This document shows positions 12,421-24,567 of a stretch of 42,184 nucleotides of DNA, in pieces. Every line of letters begins with the position of its first letter. The stretch's first letter is position 1. The notes under the pieces are model-generated. The model saw only the letters and a list, made by a program, of their open reading frames with translations, did not search any database and was not told the DNA's origin. The stretch comes from Perkinsus olseni (taxonomy: Eukaryota). The position numbers and the translations under genes are program-made. The stretch lies in assembly GCA_013115125.1 (NCBI GenBank), contig JABANN010000290.1:1-42184 (forward strand), read 5' to 3'.

Positions 12421-13469
12421 GTCGGACTGCTGACTACAACTTGACGTTACGGTGTTCGCCTCATTTACCCCATTGATAAAGACGTATTAGCATGCTGTAT
12501 GTAAAGATGTTGTGTGTATCATCAGTTTTCTGCGTTTATAGTGACCCGCTCTGGAAGTAAGCCTTCCGTGAATGGACGGCTGAGCCTCAGCCTACCGCTT
12601 GCAGAAACCGACAACCGTACTTGTCAAGTGACACTCTTCACGTCCGCTCACAACGTTATGAGATCATGGAGCACGGTCTCCTACACTGGTCGGTCCGACT
12701 GCTCAGGAATCTGACGGGTCAGATTGCTCCGGAGCAATCTAACCCGCGACTTCCGGCGGTACTTTGCGGTAGTCTACCGCAGAGCCTAGGCCCAGGCTGG
12801 GCCGCCCAGCAACCCTGCTTCGGATACGGCGAGTTCTCTTCGCCCGCCGCATGTTGTGCACTTTGTCGAAAGTAGTGGGTAATACCCACTGGGTATTCGT
12901 GCGGTGACAACTTCCACCGCCACCGCTGGCTTCGAGTTCGAGGGCGTGGCTCAGGTGGGACCGTGTAAGCCGCAGTAGCTCCGTGAAACCGCGCTTCAAT
13001 GACCACCGTGAGGGGCTAAGTGCACGTTAAACCTCGCCCCATATCGGGAATCATAAAACGGGTCAGGAAATAGATTAGACATCGACCAGCGTCTCAATGC
13101 ATGATTCATGCAGTTCCCTCGGTCATTAATGCGCGAGTTCAGCATCGGCTTCATCGCCGTCCTGCTGCATGAACAGGTCCAAGGGAGTGACTTCCGCGAG
13201 GTGAGCACTCCACGACGTATTCAATCCGTCCCTCCTCAGCCTAGCTGAGCAGTGGTCCACTGCTCATCCAGTGCCAGTGGATAATCCGCTGTGGATTGCC
13301 TAGTGCCAGTAGCTCGGAGCTACTAGCTCCCCTTTGCGATAACTGCTCTGCACTGGTAGTTTACACAGCACAAATATCTATTAGCTTTCTCAACCAAATA
13401 TTCAATCTTCGATCGCCGCGAGGATCTCGGTCCTGGAATGGTCATCTCGCGTTCGTTTTTCACTTGTAG

Positions 13470-14928
13470 GCTGCACTGAGAGCCGGGGCTGAAAGCACTT
13501 GCAAACTTGAGGGTAACGGCTTCAGAGGGAAAGTAGAATACTGTCGCCCATTCAGTGGAGATGGAGGAATCGCCAAGTGCTCAGCAGTGAGTGAGGACGG
13601 TAAGGTTAGATGTAACTGCCCACTCGTTGCAGAGCAAGGCCACCGTGGCTGCAACTTATGACCCGAAGACCAGGCATTACTTCGTGGACTATGCTTCGAT
13701 CGAGCTTATGTAAGTGCCGACTGCGGGGTTTCTCGTAAACTTGTTGACTCAACAAGTCTATGAGAAACCCCGCAGTCTCACTCAACAATGTTGAGTCACT
13801 CAACTTGAGTGAGACTATGAATACCCGAGTAAATAGCTATAGATACACGGCTATGCGATTTGCCCAATGGACACAAGAGGTTAGAGACCGGTATTCTAAG
13901 CCGGTCTCGAGCCTATCGGCAGCCTATTATGTGCTCTTGCGTTGAAAAATCGCGGCAGAATGGCGATTAAATCGCCAAATCGCCGCGATTTGCGTCACGG
14001 TCTTTCCGCCACTCTCAACTAGTCTGGGGTTGGATCGAGGCTCCGCTTATGAGTGTGACCCCTTTTGCCTCAGGGAAACGTCCGAGGGAGCCACGGAGCC
14101 TGTGGTTCGTCACTATCTCAGCCCCGGCGAAACCGATGGGGCGGGGATGGGAGAATACGCTCTAGGATCTTCTAGACGATGCGAAGAAAGCATCATCAAA
14201 GGGGCGAAGAATTTGCTAAAGGACGGCGGGCTCAGTGGATTCTATCGAAAACTGCAGAAATACTTTGAAGATAACTCCAAGAGGTTTTCACCGTTGATCA
14301 TAGCTCGTTATCTCGAAGAAGCGATGGAGCAAGTGCCAAACGAAGAAGAATGTCAAACAGCCTTCAATGGCAACATAGTGAAGGTGAGTCAGCAGTTATG
14401 GAAAAAGGCCACTGCGACACTTGAAGTGTCACACTTCAGGAGCACCCGGTCTCCATCGCCACAGTGCTCTGGAGTCACAGGCTTGATTACGCTTACATGA
14501 ACTCCATGATGTTCGTGGGAACGAAGTCAATGAAGCCTTTCGGGTCAGTCTCGCGACACGGGCAATATCTCGAGGTCCTTATCATGTTCTCACACTTCAG
14601 GCTCACACCTTCCCCTAGTGGTCTGGCACTAGTCAGGGCTGCATGGAAGAAGATGAGTCTCGGAAACTACGAAAGATTCTCACAAAGTTTCAACGAGATC
14701 TTGCTGGATGTTGCCAAGGAGTTGTTGAGACATGCGAGCGTGAGATCTATGGCCAACCGGAAGGACTGGAATCTCGAGATCAAGAGAGGTGCGGATGCAA
14801 TGTTCTTCGCCGAGATGCTGATCGTCGCTGTCGCGACCGACTGGGATAAGAAGTTGAAGCAATTCTTACCAAGGCAGTACGGAGTTGAAATCGTGAGAGT
14901 CGACAGCTGTTTTAGTGTATGGAGGTAA
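13470..14928 (+). CDS. Hypothetical protein, paralog 2 (first exon not resolved)
   Basis: Same exon phases and motifs as paralog 1: YFVDYASIEL, HYLSPGE, SPLIIARYLEE, LDYAYMNS, EMLIVAVATDWDKK. Homologous 46-nt intron at 13587-13632. Confidence 0.7.
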
Positions 14929-15892
14929 GTCAAATTGGTTTGTTATGTGCGACGGTGTAACAGATGTCAGCCTCTCGCGTTAGTTCCGGAAATCTCTCGA
15001 GAAATTCCCGAGTGGTTCCCCAATGGATGTCTCCGAATCCTCTCTACCGCTATCATACTTGGCTGAGACACTAGCGAGCTCATTAAATAAGCTCTGTGGC
15101 TTCTCTCGGACATGAACAACGTTGATCGGTCCTGGGATACACGTAGTCACACTGTGTGACTCACACACGATTACTATCATAGTTTCGCCGCATTTACCAG
15201 CCTTCCCTTTCCATCTTATCCAGCCGAGCGTCGGTACTCAATGGAGATGCCAGATGGTCTCCACACTACGCTGCTCGAAATTACACTTCTGGCAAAAGCC
15301 CTTTGTCGGGCAAGCTCAGGCTAAGAGCAACTCCCTCTGATCGACAACGGGTGCCACTGGCTAAGCCAGTCGGTGCTCCGATCGGTAAGCATAATACAGT
15401 TCTCGGCGAAGACTCTTCGCCAATTATTACAGTGTACTTACCGATCACAGTCTACTCACTGAGTAGACTCTACTGCTTCTGCACTGCAGGTTCTGCAGTG
15501 CAGAACCTGCACTACACCGACTTTCAATAAACCCTACTTTCACGTTGACTTACTCAGTCAGGTTCGGTTCTGATCACTTTAACCTAACTCTCTACATTCT
15601 CATTTTCTCATGGGTTTTCGATGGGCTGCTGCCTCTCCTGTATCTCCGGAGCGCTCCCACGGTTGAATTTATCGTGTGAGTGATGATCCTAGGGGCGCTC
15701 TTCTCGGAACTCAGGAGAGGCAGCAGTCTATTCAGCACGCGGTCTTTTTCAATCCAGAACCCTATCCCTGAGCGGTGGTGATTGATTGATGCGCAAACTC
15801 AATCATAGAGAACAACTCAGCCGTTCATGAGAAATCTCAACATGTGACAGTTTTGAGAAAATGCTATCGCAGCTCGGGTGCGTATGAACAGC

Positions 15893-17050
15893 TCAAACAG
15901 AGTTGTTCTCTGATTGTTGAGTTGGTGCCGCTATCGGTTTGAAAATAGCCCAATCGTGAGCACCTCGGCATTCTGATCTATCACTGGCATGATCCAATAG
16001 GATTAGTTCACTGGGCGAGCGAGATTCCTTCGCAAACTCCACCACTGCCGAGCGAACTCCGATTGGCTTCTCTGGCGCGTCACTATCAACTGAAAGACGA
16101 CATTCTACACACTGTGTGTCGTTCCATTGTCTTCTATAACCACTACAGGACGAGTGCACACCTGTCGTATCAAAGGTATACGATCTCATCGCGTATACAC
16201 TTCATACATTATTTGCGTGAGCTATTTCGAACGCTTCGGTAATGTCAATGGGAGTGTATGTGTAGAGCCTCAGCGAATAACTGCTGGTAGTTGCTGAGTC
16301 CTCGCGTTGAACAGTCTCGCTCTCTCTAGATTGCGCGTGGTGTGAACTTCACATTGATGATCAGGATCTGTCATCTGCGATCAACTGTGATCTGTTCTAA
16401 AGACTTCACACTGTGAAGTGTTGAGGACAGATCGTTATCAGGGAATGCTCTAGCATGAAAGCGAATCTTTTTCGTGAGCGCAGATCCTACAGAAGCAGCT
16501 TCCACTGAGGATACCGCCAGTCGCCAAGATGGGCCACCAAAGGTCCAAGTCTCTTCGTACTGCTGTGTACGATGGATTGCCATCCACGTATCTATACCGT
16601 CATGATACCATCTCCGGAATGCACTTTCTGCGATTCGACATTGCTGGGATTTGTAACAAAAACCGGAGTTCTATCGTAGGAGCTGACATGAGGAATTCTC
16701 GTTCGGCAGGCGATTGATCTTGATACGATTCGTATCATACGAGCAATCGGCCGGTGACCGATTGTTCAAGTAGTTAGTAGTATTAACTTGACGAAACGAG
16801 TGTGGTACTAACTTAGTATCACACTCGTTTCGTCACCAGTTGGGTGACTGTTATAGGGTTGATAAGATCTACTCTATTACAACAGTGACGACGAGACCGG
16901 ACCGAGGCAACCGAAAAGACAGTGATCGCAGACACAAAGAACGATCTCACATGAAGGTTGGGCGAGGCAGGTCCTTCGTCTGCCACCAAGGCGCCAAGGA
17001 GAACGAGAAGTCCCTGAGGAGGGACTATCGCCGACCGAAATGGGAAAGGC
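15893..17050 (-). pseudogene. Class I SAM-dependent methyltransferase (Methyltransf_24-like), C-terminal half, apparent in-frame stop
   Basis: Spliced exons give LSHFGRR*SLLRDFSFSLAPWWQTKDLPRPTFI/YVDGNPSYTAVRRDLDLWWPILATGGILSGSCF/FDSDAPEKPIGVRSAVVEFAK...HDWAIFKP. TAG at 17025-17027. The N-terminal SAM-binding motif was not found. Confidence 0.55.
16789..16835. repeat. Palindrome, 23-bp arms, 1-nt centre
   Basis: tgacgaaacgagtgtggtactaa-c-ttagtatcacactcgtttcgtca, one mismatch; intronic. Confidence 0.9.
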
Positions 17051-17862
17051 TTTTAGTGAGCGTGAGGCTCACTGAAAGCTCCTTTGGCTCTCTCCTCAGT
17101 GAGGCTTAGCCTCACTGTGCGGCCCTCACCAAATTCCGCATCACTTGAAGGTGAGTCAATTCCCAGTCATTGCAAATGGAAACTAAGACGAGAGCGGAAC
17201 GAAGCCTGACTCTGGCTGCCAGGGCTTCGAATTGCATTTTGACTGCCAGAATGCAGTCCGAAGAAAAGCTACTTCACTCGAACTATTGATCTCAGCTTGT
17301 GATCGTTAGCCTGCCAAATTGGCAGCGCCAACCGGCGTGGAAATCGCGAGCTAGTGATCGTTAATGGCCGAACTCATGGTTGCGGCAGAGCGTCAGTGAT
17401 ATGACGAGGCCCTCAACTCGAAGGGCCTTCGACGAAGGCATTACACAGAGCTCGCCCGGCGAGCCTCGCCGGGCAGTGGCGCCGCCCAACAACAAGATAT
17501 CTGCCTACCTCATGAACGCATACTTCCAATCTGGTATGGAGGGGGAGTAGTGAAGGTCGTTGCGGAGCTGCTCGAATCTGAGCAACCGAGGAGCATGACT
17601 CCTGAAGCAGATCCTAGTTTTTTCAGTTTATTTATTCCGTGTGGAAGGGTGTCAGAAAGCAACCCATATATGCAAGAAAGACCAAATTTCTGTTTGTCTC
17701 ATCCGCCATCCACAGCTAGCTCGTCTTCTTCGCCATGCTGCGTAAACTAGCTTGTCCAGAAGCGGGATTTAGGCGCGGTAAGCCAAATGGGGTTATAGGG
17801 GCAAAATAGCCGGTAACCAGTACGGTTATATAAAACCGCGCGCGACCACCCCGAAAAAACCC

Positions 17863-17872
17863 NNNNNNNNNN
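17863..17872. other. Assembly gap (10 N)
   Basis: Run of n flanked by C-rich, low-quality-looking sequence. Confidence 1.
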
Positions 17873-19375
17873 CCACCCCCACCCCACTGCCCCGCGCTTT
17901 CTCTGCCCTGGGGCCTTACATTCTGTGCCCACTTCGCTTTTTTCCCCCTACCCCCCAATTTGCTTTTCCGGGCCTAAATCGCGCGTTACGCAAGTCCTTT
18001 CATATCCTCGCTCGAGCATCCTCCGATACTTCCCAGCTTCCACTCAGGCTGTTTCGGAAGAGGTGGTTCTGGGAACAACTGCAGTAACGGCCTTTCGAGC
18101 AAGATATCAGCACGCATGCACAGAGCGCGACAAGGAACCTCGGATACATTCAACGCTAGCCACCATCAAAGGCTGTTGCACAATCCGTCCCCCCTCGACT
18201 TTTTGACTTCGAAAGGCTCAAGTTTCTCTCCACGGAGAAGCGTAGGCATCAGATCACGGAGAGCGCAGCCCACTATACGTGAGCTACAATCGTGCCGCTG
18301 AGCACGCCTAGAGTTCACCTCAACTGATGGTCCCTGTCACTGAGGTTGTTATCAGGGTCATCATACCCCTTCCAAATGTGGATGTAGGGGTCTACCAGGT
18401 ACACACCTGAGGGCGCAGTGGACACGGCCTGAGTCGGTGCTAACAGCTACAGGACGGCTCATCGTACCGGGCGCAATTCTGGAGTGTTAAGTCGTGCTGG
18501 CAGAATTATACGGAAAGTATCGAGGCGCATGAAAAAGCGGAAAAGATGGCCGCGAGGAGGAAGTAAGGGCGCGTAGAGATTCTCTACGCGATCCCATTCA
18601 AACTCTTTCCCTAAGCTATTCTCAACTGGAGAACGCTCGACCTCAACGGGCATCCGAATTGAAAATATGAGCATGAGGAATTCCCAATCTTGGAGTTCCC
18701 GCGGCAGCAGCCTGCTAGTCTCCAATTACGCCTTTCACGTCATACCACCGCCCGCTACCAGCTGAGTCCTTCCACTCTGTCAAAAGCTTTTTCACGAAGT
18801 GGCCCTCGCCGACCCCCAGCACCACCTACTCAGGCTGCTATGATGGATAGCAGCGAGATTACCTTACCCCGAGGCCATTCGGCTGTTGATGGTTGAGGAA
18901 ATCTATCACACTGCTGTTGTTGATCAGGACAGGGAAGAAGGACGATGGTAGTGGCGGCAAAGTAGCGTTAGCGAGACCTGCCAGGGCGCCATGGCCGATT
19001 CTCCCTAGCTTGATCTCTATCGGGACAGACTGTGTTACAATTTCTCGTGCGTTTGTCTTCTCAACTACGGTGGACTCAACTCTCAGCTAGGAAAATAGCG
19101 CATTACTCCCTTATTTCTATCGCTAATTTTCCGTGTACAATTACGCCTGAGATTAGCGAGAGCTCCAGTAGACAGTCGAGTGCTCCGCCCCCTGCCGGCT
19201 TATACCCCGTGATCGCGGCTCAGAGCAAACACGCAACTCGGCTCGAGACCACTTGGACCAGAACTCGCAGCCGGCATGGCCAAAAGCGACCGATTCCGTG
19301 AGGTCTTATTGTCAACATGTGGATATACAGTACCCACTACTACCACAGACCCTGTCTGGCGAGGGCATCATCACT

Positions 19376-19501
19376 AGACTGACTGCGCGCGGCGCTTCCA
19401 CGTTGTCCTCATACCACTCCTTCCCCAACCCCTGTACCAGCCAGCACTTGCCCGTTGACGGCTGCCATACCCACCCTTCACAACCTAATAATTACACGTA
19501 C
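19376..19501 (-). pseudogene. PAN/apple-like exon fragment, copy A of a 126-bp direct repeat
   Basis: ttag acceptor followed by (G)CEGWVWQPSTGKCWLVQGLGKEWYEDNVEAPRAVS. About 94% identical to 23441-23566. Confidence 0.5.
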
Positions 19502-20324
19502 CCCTCGCTCTCTTGTCTCTGGTACTGTGACCGGTTACGAAGACTAGACTAGTTTCTGCATTACTTTGTTCTGTAATTACACACTACATCAACCCGTCGA
19601 TACCCCCTTACCTCGCGAGTCGATACATCTCCAACAGCAGCCATCGACGGTAGTCGGGGAGTCGTTAACCTCAGCATTACAGCACGCCGACCCTTCGACG
19701 TGTGTGCCAATCGACAACTCTGTAAATTGAGTGTCGGTATGAAACTATCAAGAACAGCAGCTTCGCTTCGCCTTCTCCGAGAGCCTTACATTGCTCGGCT
19801 CGCAACCACCGATAGCGACGTCGTTCTGTGCAGCCTGCGCGGCAACCTAAGATACACTATGGTATCCTAGGTGAAGGCCTTGAGGGCTCATCACCTCGGC
19901 AAAGGGGCTCAAGGAGGTAATTAACCTGGGAAGAAGCCTCATGCGCAGTTAAAATACGTGTGGACTAATCCACTTTGGGAATAATTCAAATACGACACCT
20001 CGAAGATCCGTACGCTGTGCCGATTTTCCCTTTTCCCTTTTGAATTGTGTGTGGGTGGTCAGGGGGCGGGAATGTTTTCCAGTGGCGAGCTTCCTATCTC
20101 GCCATTCCATCAAAGAACTTTGAGGCCTTTAGCAGCGGCCCTTGTGCTTGCGTGCGGCTCCTGTAGTGCACGCGCGCACAAACTGCGTCGTGCGCCCCAT
20201 ACAGTGTATGGCATACACATCGTACGGAGCCTCGATCCTAACACCTCAGAACGTTGGGCAGAGTGGATGTCACCTCGAAGATCCGTTCCCTTTCCCTATG
20301 TGCTTTTCCGCCCACCGTGAATTC

Positions 20325-20375
20325 AGTTTGTGTGAATTCATTCGTGGGTGACCCACGAATGAATTCACACAAACT
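20325..20375. repeat. Perfect palindrome, 25-bp arms, 1-nt centre
   Basis: agtttgtgtgaattcattcgtgggt-g-acccacgaatgaattcacacaaact. Confidence 0.95.
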
Positions 20376-20643
20376 CGCTTCGACTACTTCGACATATACA
20401 AGGGGTCCCCGGCTGGACGAATCCAGTATTTGGGTGCCCTGTTGTTTCCTGGCCTCTTGTCCTCAGAGGCGCGTAACACATGTCCTGACAGGGCAGCCCT
20501 GTTAAGGTATACTATAGTCGTCCCTAATAGGGACTCCCTATGTCCCAGTACCCGCAGTCAGAGGTTTCATCCTCCTCGAGGAAAAGCTCTAAAAACCCTA
20601 AAGAGCTACTGTATATGCCCTCGGGCGCTAAGCTTCGTGGCTT

Positions 20644-20679
20644 CCCTATGTATGTCCCTATGTATGTCCCTATGTATGT
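20644..20679. repeat. 12-bp tandem repeat x3
   Basis: (ccctatgtatgt)3. Confidence 0.85.
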
Positions 20680-21321
20680 CCTCCTGGGCCAATTGTCTTA
20701 CCAAGTCAACACTAGCATATTGTTTGGAGTGCTAGAAATGTAGTTGAAAGCAGGTGATGCCGAGTGCCACCAGGGCTTATTGGCGGGTGGCCGTAGTCAC
20801 AGTATTGCTACTGCAACGATTCGTCAGTAACGAAGTTGTTATGAGAACAAGAATGTCAGAGCAGCGAACCCGGACTCGATGGCGCGTAAAAAGGCTAAAC
20901 TCTGTGAGCTTTGAAAATTGCGTCCTAGCACTGACTGGATCACGCTCAAAGCATTCTTCAGACACAACCCTCTACATCGTGACGAGCATCGTGCTGAGAA
21001 TGCAGTATAGAGCGTCAATACCTCCAGTAGGGTAACGGCCTTGTCGTAACGACAAGGTCGTTACGCACCGTAACGAGTGACAGAAGTCGTTAATTACGAC
21101 GACGTTGTATCAGGCAACATATCATAATGAAATGTGTGGCATACAGCATCACAGCGTAGGCCGAGAGACAGAATAGTGCTTGCGTGCACCGCGAAAAAGG
21201 CGATCTGCTGAATAGATCAACGACCTATAGAAGCATAGAACTATAGACTCACACTGTGAAGCCCTTAAAGCAGAGACATCACAGCAACGAAGGCAACAGC
21301 ATCACAGCAATATGACTTGTG

Positions 21322-22041
21322 TTATATCGCAGTGAGAGTTAAGCGCTGACCTCTGAGCTCAGTGAAGGACGTCGTGGGGGTAGCGTACGCCACGGTCATG
21401 AAGTCATACGCCTCCAGTTCCACACCGCAAACAGTCAACAGTCCATCCTTGAACTCGTCGTAAGCCTCGATACCATCCCACCCGATAACGAACTGAGCAA
21501 ACGAACCACGGCTCCCGTCGGGCTCGAAGAGAAGGACGCCAGTGACCTCTTGGACTCCACACACCACCGTCACTTTCACCGAATCAGACTCAAGCACATA
21601 CCATTCGATCTCTAAGCCAAAATATGTAGAATTGTACGGAATGAGGTTGCTGTTGTCAATCCTCGAAACGGTTGTCGTGAAATTTCGTAACGAAGTTGTT
21701 AGAGCATCACCCTCAGAGGTGAAATTGAGCTTGTGAAGGTCACCATCAACGAAGCCTACATCAGGGCAGCGCTGGCTCATCAGATCGAGTATGTTGCTTC
21801 CGGGACTTGAACTGTTTCCGATAGTGTACTCGTTTTCGCCAGACCCGGGGCGCAGCTGATAAGGCCCGGCGAGGTAAACTCTAGGGGTCAGACACCTGTA
21901 GATTACATAGACACTGTTGTCTTCCTTGACATAGATTGTGAACTCAGAGCCCGAACGAACGTAGTATTTGCCAGCAAATTTGGCAGCGTCTACTGTGATA
22001 AGCAGGAGGACTGAAACGAGCCACCATAGGATGAAAGCCAT
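21322..22041 (-). CDS. Intronless secreted protein with two internal ~105-aa repeats
   Basis: Signal peptide MAFILWWLVSVLLLITVDA from ATG 22041. The two halves share YV-x-E-x-D/S-SV-x-V-x3-C and a later C...D(L/F)...T-x-LR...T pattern. Confidence 0.75.
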   Translation of the reverse strand: MAFILWWLVSVLLLITVDAAKFAGKYYVRSGSEFTIYVKEDNSVYVIYRCLTPRVYLAGPYQLRPGSGENEYTIGNSSSPGSNILDLMSQRCPDVGFVDGDLHKLNFTSEGDALTTSLRNFTTTVSRIDNSNLIPYNSTYFGLEIEWYVLESDSVKVTVVCGVQEVTGVLLFEPDGSRGSFAQFVIGWDGIEAYDEFKDGLLTVCGVELEAYDFMTVAYATPTTSFTELRGQRLTLTAI

Positions 22042-23440
22042 AGAAAAAAATGACGCCGTACAGAAGCTGCCCGCGAAGTTGGGAGTACCGCATGCCACGG
22101 TGGGAGTAGAGGAATTCGCGATGTAGGGAACAACCGTTGTTCAGCAACGCGATGCAAGACTGTGGCTATAGTCACAGCTTTCAGTGCTACCGCAGCGTCA
22201 CTGGCAAGTTAGCTGAGCACGCGTATGCGCTAGAGAGGGACAGCTTTCCAGATTAGCGGACGGTCGGAGTAGACGGCACACTCTGAAGAGAGTGCATTGT
22301 CGCGAGTAGGAGGACGAAAGATGGGAGCTGGGAAGCGTGAGCTCTAGGCAAGACAAATGCCTTAGCAGCCGGGGACTGAGGCCTGTAACAGGTCCAGAAC
22401 ATCGCCGCCGCCGGCCAGCCGTCCCTGTCCGTCCCCATTTAGCCCGTCACGTACGCGGGGGACACCTCATCGGGAGCGGCTCTCGAGCCAGATTTTAGCA
22501 CGCATGCACAAGGAGCAATTGCAAACCTCGGATACACTCCACTGCAATATCCCTTTTTCCATCTCGGCCCGGTGGGCCGGCCAACTTGGGCGATGGCGAA
22601 GCGCTGTTTACTGCTAAAGGCGTACATCACTGAGGACTTGTGTGGTCAACCTTTTTTTCACTCGTTGCAGTCCCACAGCTACACAGTGTAGGCTACAGAG
22701 TAGCCGCTACACCCTTCCGGGTAGGCTACGCCGTGTAGCTCAGTGAGCTGAGCTGTCATGTGAGCTAAGCTCACATTACACCGAGTGGGAGCAAAAATCA
22801 TCGGGCAGTCTGAGGCTGAAAATGCCTAGACGCCCCGCTAACGACACTACAACCCCAAACGCGTAGACTGGATGCTCCGTATGAGCTACAGTAGGCGAGG
22901 TTTGACCAGAGTCTGATTTGTGCCAGTTTTCTGACAAGTGCCATATGATCTATCGCTCTCCGTAGATGCTCTCTATTATACAAGCTGTGGCGCTGTGCTG
23001 TGATGATTCTTCCAGTGTCCCACTCATTCATTGAGTGGAGTCTCATTGTGCATCGCTCCGCTACTGTGTCCAGCTTTAATTCAGCCTAGCGTCCAACCAC
23101 CCGAAATGGATCGTTCCAATTGTGTATGATAAGATGAGTATCCTATTTACTGATTCTGTCGTGTTCTACCCGGTTCCAGTGTCAATGGGGTATTGGAATC
23201 AGCACAGTGCTAGTCTAGCAGTACTAGATATACAGCGCTAGTAACGGGGCTGATGTAGTTAACCATTACTATTATAACTATCCAACCGGACTTTTCATCT
23301 TTAACGATGTCAAAAAAAGATCCTACCGAGGTACCCGATGACGGCATACTTGAGGCCCGTCACACCTCGCCATTCTGCAAAGGATGATAGTCAACATGTA
23401 GCCACTTCCCTAAGGTCCCATAGTCAACATGAGGATATGC

Positions 23441-23566
23441 AGACTAACTGCGCGCGGCGCTTCCACGTTGTCCTCATACCACTCCTTCCCCAACCCCTGT
23501 ACCAGCCAGCACTTCCCCTTTGACGGCTGTCATACCCATCCTTCACAACCTAACAATTGCACGTAC
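23441..23566 (-). pseudogene. PAN/apple-like exon fragment, copy B, with TGG>TGA stop
   Basis: Direct repeat of 19376-19501. Reads CEGWV*QPSKGKCWLVQG, stop at 23530-23532. Confidence 0.5.
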
Positions 23567-24567
23567 GGCATTATTATTCACTATAGCCTGCGCCGCAACC
23601 GAAGACACGCTAGGGTATCTTGAGCTAGAGAGGCTTATCACCTCGACCAGGTGCTCAACTCAATTCCATTCAATTTGAACTCAATTGCCGAGCAATGCCT
23701 CTGCCGTCGCCGGCAGGCATTCTAAGCTCGAAGCTTATCGCCCTTCACACGACCCGCGCTAGCGGATCTCCATATGGTTAGTCTATCGCCCATCATCAGC
23801 ACGGAGGGTCTCCGGTGGAACTTGGGCAGAACCACTTCGGACAGCCAGCCACACAGGCCTCAGAGTATGCGGGCGTGCGTGAGGCGACAAGAGGATTAAC
23901 TAGGCCCATGAGCTGCCACACAAGAGACGAAAGACGCCAGTGTTGATGGTGTGAAGGTGGCGATGGAGTGAAAAAGTATATTGGGAATCCATAAGACATA
24001 CAGTACCGCAAAGGTGATTAGATGGTGATAAGGTCAACAGTAGGGCCGTCCAAGCAATACCGAGTCACCAGCCAGAGGGGCGTATGGGTATGGCAGATTC
24101 GATCTCTACTTCGTACGGGGGAATCTCGGCCGCCCTCACGCGACGTTGACGCGTAGAGACTGGAAGGGGTATGGACGCCGCGAAGAAGAGAAATGCGCAG
24201 TTTAATCTCGAGCTAGCTAATCCACTTTCGGAATAATTCACGCACGGTGTGATATTGTTCACCCACCGATAATCGTTGAGGCTAAGCGTTTTTCAACTTC
24301 TCCTATCCATCTTCGTGGTAATCGTCGGTGCCCCTCCGTTCTACAGCGTCCACAGAGACAGGTTTCTTCCCGTTTTACGATAATTCAATCAGAATCTTGC
24401 CCTGAGGCTTCAGCACTTGCCTCGGCTATCCATTGCCTGAATTAGGCTGCAAGGGACAGCCTCTTGCACAACAGCAGTCGGCGAATCCGAGGTTGAACCT
24501 CGTGTTAGATAGAGGGCAAAGATTCTCGTAGTTTTCATCGTTAGTGATAGCTTTTAATTGATTAGTC

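Noticed and set aside
12514-13260. Cluster of short ORFs between the two paralogs
   Set aside because: No consistent splice model or recognisable domain, and stops occur in the candidate frames.
13534-13590. Apparent in-frame stops suggesting paralog 2 is a pseudogene
   Set aside because: A 46-nt intron present in both paralogs shifts the frame. The corrected frame (GFRGKVEYCRPF vs DVKGKGKYDRPY) is open.
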